A stretch of DNA of 12,227 nt from positions 1-12,227 of IMG/VR virus record IMGVR_UViG_2695420809_000014; one strand, given 5' to 3'. Below are positions 6,987 to 12,227 of this stretch, piece after piece. The position numbers were made by a program, and so were the translations under genes. The stretch is from a virus. Taxonomy: Duplodnaviria; Heunggongvirae; Uroviricota; Caudoviricetes. A model generated the notes under the pieces. The model ran no database searches. It saw nothing but the letters and a program-made list of their open reading frames with translations, and had not been told where the DNA came from. Positions within the stretch are counted from its first letter, which is position 1; every line of letters begins with the position of its first letter.

Positions 6987-7066
6987 CCTGGCCGGAGGCA
7001 TTCACAACGACAGGAATTGCAATGGCGGCAGCACTTGTTGTGTATTCGATTTGCAGCTGGGGATAA
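6983..7066 (+). CDS. small hydrophobic peptide, 27 aa
   Basis: ATG overlaps the upstream TGA as ATGA; MTWPEAFTTTGIAMAAALVVYSICSWG has one predicted transmembrane segment; not in the ORF track. Confidence 0.35.
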   Translation: MTWPEAFTTTGIAMAAALVVYSICSWG

Positions 7067-7277
7067 AAACGGTTTGCGGGGAAATCTTAGTTAAGTAGAA
7101 TGACTGCGGGTGCTTGAGGCTATCTGTCTCAGGCATGAACACCAAAAGGCAGATAGAGAAAAGCCCCAGTTAACATTACGCGTCCTGCACGACGCTTAAC
7201 ATTAATCTGAGGCCCAATCTATGTCTCACAAATGTAGGTTAGCCTCTTACGTGCCGAAAGGCAAGGAGAAGCAGGCT

Positions 7278-7433
7278 ATGAAGCAGCAAAAGGCGATGTT
7301 AATCGCCCTGATCGTCATCTGTTTAACCGTCATAGTGACGGCACTGGTAACGAGGAAAGACCTCTGCGAGGTACGAATCCGAACCGGCCAGACGGAGGTC
7401 GCTGTCTTCACAGCTTACGAACCTGAGGAGTAA
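7278..7433 (+). CDS. hokD: Hok/Gef-family type I toxin (51 aa)
   Basis: Translation MKQQKAMLIALIVICLTVIVTALVTRKDLCEVRIRTGQTEVAVFTAYEPEE matches my recollection of E. coli HokD/RelF; AAGGAG upstream; an in-frame ATG at 7221 would give a 70-aa extended form. Paralogue assignment is uncertain because no relBE is upstream. Confidence 0.85.
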   Translation: MKQQKAMLIALIVICLTVIVTALVTRKDLCEVRIRTGQTEVAVFTAYEPEE

Positions 7434-7503
7434 GAGACCCGGCGGGGGAGAAATCCCTCGCCACCGCTGATGTGTCAGGCATCCTCAACGCACCCGCACT
7501 TAA

Positions 7504-7529
7504 CCCGCTTCGGCGGGTTTTGTTTTTTC
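7504..7529 (+). terminator. intrinsic terminator at the hok transcript 3' end
   Basis: CCCGC-TTCG-GCGGG stem-loop followed by TTTTGTTTTTT. Confidence 0.7.
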
Positions 7530-7600
7530 TGGTCGTTCTGGTTTACAATTCGCACGCCAGCCTGAACAACTGGCACCTGCTGCGCCAGCAGAGACAACCG

Positions 7601-7879
7601 ATGGCGCACGATACCAAATTACACAATTCTGATGATTCTGCCGTCTTTGCCAGCAGGCACGGGCGGCGTTCCCGCACTTTCAAATCTGACTGGTTCCAGC
7701 ATCCCCCATGCACTGAAGAACAGGCCGAGTGGCTAATTCAGTGCTACCGCAGACACGGATACGAGATTAAGAAAGCCCTCAGCCTCGATTATCGTCACTG
7801 GATAATCTCCGTCAGGCTTCCTTACTCCGAGCGCCCACCGCGTCCGTCCCGCACATTCCAGCAACGCATCTGGAGGTAA
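7601..7879 (+). CDS. hypothetical protein, 92 aa
   Basis: First ATG downstream of the hok terminator in an ORF that ends 1 nt before the DUF968 gene start; weak SD. Confidence 0.5.
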   Translation: MAHDTKLHNSDDSAVFASRHGRRSRTFKSDWFQHPPCTEEQAEWLIQCYRRHGYEIKKALSLDYRHWIISVRLPYSERPPRPSRTFQQRIWR

Positions 7880-7880
7880 C

Positions 7881-8930
7881 GTGCGGGTATTACTTCGACC
7901 TGTTCTGGTACCGGAACTCGGGCTGGTGATCGTTAAGCCGGGCCGTGAATCCATGCCGGTATTCCACAATACCCGGGTACTGGTGGAGCCGGAACCGAAA
8001 AGCATGCGTAATCTGCCGTCCGGGGTTGTTCCTGCCGTTCACCAGCCGCTAGTGGAAGACAAAACATTGCTGCCGTTTTTCAGTAACGCACGGGTGATTC
8101 GTGCTGCTGGTGGTGCTGGTGCATTGTCTGACTGGCTGTTGCGCCATATTAAATCCTGCCAGTGGCCACACGGCGATTATCATCACAGCGAAACCGTCAT
8201 TCACCGTTATGGTACCGGCGCAATGGTGTTGTGCTGGCACTGCGACAACCAGCTGCGTGACCAGACATCCGAATCACTCGAGCAACTTGCTCATCAAAAC
8301 CTGTCAGCATGGATGATTGACGTCATCGGTCACGCAATAAGCGGTACGCAGGAGCGTGAATTATCTCTGGCTGAATTATCCTGGTGGGCGGTCTGCAATC
8401 AGGTGGCGGACGCGCTTCCGGAGGCAGTATTACGTCGTTCTCTGGGGTTACGTGCGGAAAAAATCCGCCCCTTGTACCGCGAAAGCGACATCGTACCGGG
8501 AGAGCAGACCGCCATCAGCATACTGAAACAGCGCACAAAAAATCTTGCGCCGCTGCCTCACGCCCACCAGCAACAGAACCCACCACAGGAAAAGACGGTG
8601 GTCAGCATTGCCGTTGATCCTGAGCCTCCGGAATCTTTCATGAAACGACCTAAACGTCGCCGCTGGGTTAACGAGAAATACACACGCTGGGTGAAGACAC
8701 AGCCGTGTGCGTGTTGTGGTAAGCCAGCCGACGATCCCCATCACCTGATTGGTCATGGTCAGGGCGGAATGGGGACAAAATCTCACGATATTTTCACGCT
8801 ACCGCTGTGTCGGGAGCATCACAACGAGCTTCATGCGGATCCGCTGGCGTTCGAAGAAAAGCATGGTTCTCAGGTTGATTTAATTTTTCGTTTTCTTGAT
8901 CACGCCTTTGCAACTGGCGTGCTTGGGTAA
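7881..8930 (+). CDS. DUF968-like protein (YdfU-like, 349 aa), C-terminal Cys/His HNH-like motif
   Basis: GTG 7881 with GGAGG upstream; C-terminal CACCG...HHLIGHG...CREHHNELH cluster. Confidence 0.75.
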   Translation: MRVLLRPVLVPELGLVIVKPGRESMPVFHNTRVLVEPEPKSMRNLPSGVVPAVHQPLVEDKTLLPFFSNARVIRAAGGAGALSDWLLRHIKSCQWPHGDYHHSETVIHRYGTGAMVLCWHCDNQLRDQTSESLEQLAHQNLSAWMIDVIGHAISGTQERELSLAELSWWAVCNQVADALPEAVLRRSLGLRAEKIRPLYRESDIVPGEQTAISILKQRTKNLAPLPHAHQQQNPPQEKTVVSIAVDPEPPESFMKRPKRRRWVNEKYTRWVKTQPCACCGKPADDPHHLIGHGQGGMGTKSHDIFTLPLCREHHNELHADPLAFEEKHGSQVDLIFRFLDHAFATGVLG

Positions 8931-8942
8931 AAGAGGTGACTG

Positions 8943-9299
8943 ATGCTCATAGATTTGGTTTTACCTTACCCGCCGACGGTGAACACTTACTGGCGACGCC
9001 GTGGCAGCACATATTTTATCTCGGAGGAGGGAAAGCGTTATCGCCGGGCTGTGGCGTTTATTGTTCGCCAGCAGCGGCTGAAATTAAGCCTGTCCGGAAG
9101 GCTGGCGATAAAGGTGATTGCAGAGCCACCGGATAAGCGTCGTCGCGACCTGGACAACATTCTGAAAGCACCGCTGGATGCGCTGACGCATGCGGGAGTG
9201 TTAATGGACGATGAGCAGTTTGATGAAATCAATATCGTTCGTGGTCAGCCAGTATCTGGTGGACGTCTGGGGGTGAAGATTTACCCCATAATGCATTAA
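8943..9299 (+). CDS. rusA: RusA-family Holliday junction resolvase
   Basis: Conserved PDKRRRDLDN, DALTHAG and GGRL segments; size 118 aa; GAGGTG before ATG 8943. Confidence 0.85.
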   Translation: MLIDLVLPYPPTVNTYWRRRGSTYFISEEGKRYRRAVAFIVRQQRLKLSLSGRLAIKVIAEPPDKRRRDLDNILKAPLDALTHAGVLMDDEQFDEINIVRGQPVSGGRLGVKIYPIMH

Positions 9300-9313
9300 G
9301 AGCAGGTCAAAAA

Positions 9314-10135
9314 ATGAAACTGGAAGATTTACCGAAATACTACTCCCCAAAATCCCCTGGCCTGACCGATGCATCGGCCTCAACGTCAAAAGATGCGCTG
9401 AGTATCACTGATGTGATGGCCGCGCAGGGCATGACACAGAATCGGGCTGAGATGGGTTTTTCTGCGTTCCTGGGGAAAATGGGCATCAGTATGAATGACA
9501 GGGCGCGGGCAACAGAATTACTGGCAGATTATGCACTCAGTCGGTGCGATCGTGTGGCGGCGTTGAGAAAACTTCCGGCAGAAATAAAACCGGTAGTGAT
9601 GCGCATTATGGCTTCGTACGCTTTTGAGGATTATGCCCGCAGCGCAGCGAGTAAAAAGCAGTGCCCTTGTTGCTATGGGGAAAAATTTATTGAAAGCATA
9701 GTTTTTACAAACAAGGTCCAGTATCCGGATGGTAAGCCGCCGGTATGGGCAAAGTGTACGAAAGGTGTGTATCCGTCTTACTGGGAAGAATGGAAAAAAG
9801 TCAGGGAGGTGGTAAAAGTTGCCTGTCCGGAGTGTGGCGGAAAGGGTGAGGTTTCCACCGCCTGTAAGGATTGCCGTGGGCGTGGTGTCGCCATTCATCG
9901 TGAAGAGTCGGTAAAACGTGGTATGCCTGTTATCAGAGACTGCCAGCGTTGTGGTGGTCGTGGCTATGAAAGACTACCATCAACGGAGGCATTTAATGCT
10001 ATATGCGAGGTGACAAACCAGATAACACGCGCGTCATGGGAAAAAACAGTTAAGAAATTTTATGATGCGCTGGTGACCCGGTTTGATATTGAAGAAGCAT
10101 GGGCTGAGCGGCAGTTAAAAAAGGTAACTAGGTAA
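9314..10135 (+). CDS. late-gene antiterminator Q-like protein with four CxxCxGxG zinc-finger repeats
   Basis: Sits immediately upstream of a pR'-like promoter and tR'-like terminator; CPCCYGEKF, CPECGGKGE, CKDCRGRGV, CQRCGGRGY motifs; resembles Qin-type Q homologues from memory. Confidence 0.6.
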   Translation: MKLEDLPKYYSPKSPGLTDASASTSKDALSITDVMAAQGMTQNRAEMGFSAFLGKMGISMNDRARATELLADYALSRCDRVAALRKLPAEIKPVVMRIMASYAFEDYARSAASKKQCPCCYGEKFIESIVFTNKVQYPDGKPPVWAKCTKGVYPSYWEEWKKVREVVKVACPECGGKGEVSTACKDCRGRGVAIHREESVKRGMPVIRDCQRCGGRGYERLPSTEAFNAICEVTNQITRASWEKTVKKFYDALVTRFDIEEAWAERQLKKVTR

Positions 10136-10140
10136 CAAGG

Positions 10141-10168
10141 TTGATTTTTCCGGAATCTGTGGTAAATT
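10141..10168 (+). promoter_or_regulatory. pR'-like late promoter
   Basis: TTGATT (10141-10146), 16-bp spacer, TG-extended TAAATT (10163-10168), 5 nt after the Q-like stop. Confidence 0.5.
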
Positions 10169-10215
10169 CGTCATAACGATGGGCGTTTTATGCCTGACGT
10201 TAGAAGAGTTTCTAC

Positions 10216-10241
10216 AACCCGCCGCTGAGCGGGTTTTTTAT
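10216..10241 (+). terminator. tR'-like intrinsic terminator
   Basis: AACCCGC-CGCTGA-GCGGGTT stem-loop followed by TTTTTT, about 50 nt downstream of the promoter. Confidence 0.65.
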
Positions 10242-10278
10242 TGCGAAATTAATTACGGACCGTTATTATTCTGCTCCC

Positions 10279-10354
10279 GGCCCTTTAGCTCAGTGGTGAG
10301 AGCGAGCGACTCATAATCGCCAGGTCGCTGGTTCAAATCCAGCAAGGGCCACCA
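10279..10354 (+). tRNA. tRNA with CAT anticodon, closest to the lysidine-type tRNA-Ile2 (ileZ/ileX-like); tRNA-Met not excluded
   Basis: 7-bp acceptor stem GGCCCTT/AAGGGCC, D-arm GCTCAGTGGTGAGAGC, anticodon loop CTCATAA, T-arm GGTTCAAATCC, encoded CCA. Confidence 0.8.
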
Positions 10355-10455
10355 TCACAAACCGCCATTAGCTTATCAGGAAGAGCAGACGACACGATAA
10401 CAGGGTTGTTGGTGCGGGGGGCGGGTCCCCGATGGCGGTCCATTATCGGTATTCA

Positions 10456-10532
10456 GCGTTGTTAGCTCAGCCGGACAGAGCAATTGCCTTCTAAGCAATC
10501 GGTCACTGGTTCGAATCCAGTACAGCGCGCCA
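10456..10532 (+). tRNA. tRNA-Arg (TCT anticodon, argU/argN-like)
   Basis: Acceptor stem GCGTTGT/ACAGCGC, anticodon loop CTTCTAA, T-arm GGTTCGAATCC, encoded CCA; close to E. coli argU by eye. Confidence 0.85.
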
Positions 10533-10642
10533 TATTCATTCTTCCAGATTCCTTCCGGCAGAGCCTTATACTGAAATATACCTGGCTCAGGATATTGTTG
10601 AAAATATTATATGTTTGTCAAAAATAAAAGTTCTGTTAAGTA

Positions 10643-10996
10643 TTGATTGAATATTTGTTATACGGTCTAATGGTTTTTTCAGCATTAAATATTTATCATT
10701 CATATGGTGTGGGTAGAGTGAATATTGATGAGGCGTCGGGGTGTTTCATCCTTAGGCAGCGTATTGATATAGTCAATGCAGCACGAGCAAAGGCCTTCAG
10801 CCGTTTGACAGTTTTGTTCTGTACTCCTGATCGTCTTTCGGGAAGAGACGTTATTATTCTGAATAGTGATGCTATACAGAGGGTTTGCGATGAGTTCATG
10901 GTTGCTAATTCAGAATTATTTGCTCTTGTTCAGGAGTACAACAGAATAGCCAGGACCTGTGGTATGGATGAACTTCGGATTACTCATCTGGGGTAG
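10643..10996 (+). CDS. hypothetical protein in the AT-rich cargo segment (117 aa from TTG 10643; 108 aa from ATG 10670), hydrophobic N-terminus
   Basis: Longest ORF in the cargo; frequent ATA, AGA and AGG codons; no convincing SD at either start, so the call is tentative. Confidence 0.4.
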   Translation: MIEYLLYGLMVFSALNIYHSYGVGRVNIDEASGCFILRQRIDIVNAARAKAFSRLTVLFCTPDRLSGRDVIILNSDAIQRVCDEFMVANSELFALVQEYNRIARTCGMDELRITHLG

Positions 10997-11076
10997 ATAC
11001 ATATCTGGATTATCACCTGTTACGGTAAAAAGTGATTGCTTACTGTTTTTGTGAATGGCATTGCAGCAGCCGGATA

Positions 11077-11163
11077 ATGTCAGTGCTGGCTGACGGTGTG
11101 CTGGTGGCGGGTGTGGTGGTTGTTGCTTTCCCGTTGCTGAAAAAGAAAACGCCAGACTGTTAG
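11077..11163 (+). CDS. possible small hydrophobic peptide, 28 aa
   Basis: MSVLADGVLVAGVVVVAFPLLKKKTPDC: hydrophobic core then a KKK tail; weak SD (GGAT); not in the ORF track. Confidence 0.2.
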   Translation: MSVLADGVLVAGVVVVAFPLLKKKTPDC

Positions 11164-11389
11164 CCGGGTATCAGTTAGCGGGAGAAATTTTTAAATACTT
11201 CACAATTCAGGCGGTTGACTGTTGTCTGGTTTGCGGGGAGTTTGTTAAAAGAAACTGGCATGGTGAATCCCCCTGTGCGGAGGGGCAATCAGCGAGTAGG
11301 TATATGGGATAATCGCGGATTCAGGTGCTGGTACTGAATTCACCGGGAGGCACCCGGCACCATGCAATGGCACATAGCGCCACTCTCCA

Positions 11390-11416
11390 GCCCCTCTCCG
11401 GAGGGGCTGTTTATAT
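11390..11416 (+). terminator. candidate intrinsic terminator
   Basis: GCCCCTC-TCCG-GAGGGGC stem-loop followed by a T-rich tract (TGTTTATATTGATTTT). Confidence 0.4.
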
Positions 11417-11443
11417 TGATTTTGTCAGATGTGAGTAAACTCC

Positions 11444-11779
11444 TTATGGATTTTGTTGTTTTAGCCCATAAGGACATATTTGCAGAGTGCAACGGTTATT
11501 AAAGCATTCATTCAATACGTTATCTGTATTTGTAGGGCATTCCTGGCTGTTTTTGATTAAATTCCAGAATGTTTTATTGAATGGTACTATGTTGTAAATG
11601 GTTACAGGTAGCACTTTGTTATTGAGCATGATACCTGTGTGAGTCAGTGTAAATATACTTTCAGGAGGTAAGAAAGCATCCGATTGATACCAGATTATTA
11701 ATTTTATTTTACTCCATATGACTGAAAAAGATATTCCGCATGATGGCTGGATAACTGTATCAATCACAATCCACTTCAT
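11444..11779 (-). CDS. hypothetical protein, 111 aa, in the AT-rich cargo
   Basis: ATG 11779 with AAGGAAA 5 nt upstream; transcribed opposite to the late operon; Trp-rich N-terminal half and Cys-containing C-terminal half; no family recognised. Confidence 0.6.
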   Translation of the reverse strand: MKWIVIDTVIQPSCGISFSVIWSKIKLIIWYQSDAFLPPESIFTLTHTGIMLNNKVLPVTIYNIVPFNKTFWNLIKNSQECPTNTDNVLNECFNNRCTLQICPYGLKQQNP

Positions 11780-12038
11780 TTACTTTCCTTGTTTATGCCT
11801 TGCTGGTGATGTTCTGAAAAGTATAAATGATATTTTTGAATTAAACCATAGAGCAGAATTATTTTTCTGATGTTGTTTATTGTTTATTTAAATACAGGGT
11901 GGTTTATATCTCGTCTTGTAGTTTATCCATGCATATCTGCTTGATAATCAGGTTTTTATTTAAGGTATGGTTTTGTGTTTTTTCTGTATTACATGTCAGG
12001 TATTTTAAAGAATTATTTTTCAGATGGTGGAAAGAACC

Positions 12039-12227
12039 ATGGCATTTAAACACTATGATGTTGTCAGGGCGGCGTCGCCATCAGATCTTGCGGAAAAGCT
12101 GACACATAAACTGAAAGAGGGCTGGCAGCCGTTTGGTAGTCCGGTGGCCATAACCCCTTATACTCTGATGCAGGCGATTACAGCAGAAGGTGATGTGGTG
12201 GTCAGTGGTGCAACTGAGCCGGATTGG
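12039..12227 (+). CDS. 5' part of a conserved small phage protein (DUF1737-like by recollection), continues past the window end
   Basis: ATG 12039 preceded by GGTGGA; open frame MAFKHYDVVRAASPSDLAEKLTHKLKEGWQPFGSPVAI... to 12227 with no stop; GC content returns to backbone level. Confidence 0.5.
   Translation, partial: MAFKHYDVVRAASPSDLAEKLTHKLKEGWQPFGSPVAITPYTLMQAITAEGDVVVSGATEPDW

Noticed and set aside
7221-7433. 70-aa in-frame extended Hok ORF taken as the real product
   Set aside because: The canonical 51-aa Hok from ATG 7278 has the stronger AAGGAG site and matches the family length; the extended form is kept as a possible leader/mok-like feature rather than the main call.
7472-7600. 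Upstream extension (GTG 7472) of the 92-aa gene
   Set aside because: The extension would run through the hok 3' hairpin and terminator; first ATG at 7601 is preferred.
7733-8786. ORFs 7733-8005(-), 8049-8240(-), 8101-8316(+), 8384-8617(+), 8448-8786(-)
   Set aside because: Shadow frames within the DUF968 gene.
8936-9389. ORFs 8936-9136(+), 9038-9232(-), 9201-9389(-)
   Set aside because: Alternative-frame or antisense overlaps with rusA and the start of the Q-like gene.
9518-9898. Minus-strand 126-aa ORF
   Set aside because: Antisense to the Q-like gene, which is supported by position and zinc-finger motifs.
10355-10455. Possible third tRNA between the two tRNAs
   Set aside because: No acceptor stem or T-arm can be built by eye; possibly a decayed remnant but not callable.
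10696-10899. Minus-strand 67-aa ORF
   Set aside because: Antisense to the longer 117-aa ORF and without an SD; which strand (if either) is coding remains unsettled.
11899-12102. Plus-strand 67-aa ORF
   Set aside because: Low-complexity translation from the AT-rich intergenic region, in a different frame from and overlapping the start of the conserved late-region gene at 12039.
1-12227. CRISPR array, rRNA, integrase/transposase or IS element
   Set aside because: No regularly spaced direct repeats with unique spacers, no rRNA-like sequence and no recombinase-like ORF were seen; the only repeat arrays are the ori iterons and operator sites.

Overview
This window reads as an internal slice of an enterobacterial (E. 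coli-like) lambdoid prophage, mosaic between Rac-like early genes and Qin/Stx-phage-like late-regulatory genes. Left to right: a structured, apparently non-coding stretch (1-558); a slightly AT-shifted convergent gene pair (559-1177); small minus-strand early-left genes (1200-1814); an immunity switch with a RacR-like repressor (minus, 1999-2418) divergent from YdaS/YdaT-like regulators, flanked by five copies of a 14-bp WTACC-N4-GGTAW site; a replication module (O-like initiator with internal iterons, DnaC-like loader); three GTGA-coupled accessory genes (tandem winged-helix protein, HTH protein, DUF4406-like); a Hok-family type I toxin locus; a DUF968 protein; RusA; a Q-like antiterminator with a pR'-like promoter and tR'-like terminator; and two tRNAs (anticodons CAT and TCT). 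The most interesting part is the clearly AT-rich cargo segment (about 10.54-12.03 kb) between the tRNAs and the start of the late/lysis region, which is where Stx phages carry stx. It holds a 117-aa ORF rich in ATA/AGA/AGG codons, a hairpin-rich stretch with a tiny hydrophobic ORF, and a 111-aa minus-strand gene with its own ribosome-binding site. None of these has a family I recognise, and I cannot assign a function from sequence alone. All family names are from my reading of the translated ORFs and motifs; no database search was run. No CRISPR array, rRNA, integrase or transposase is visible.
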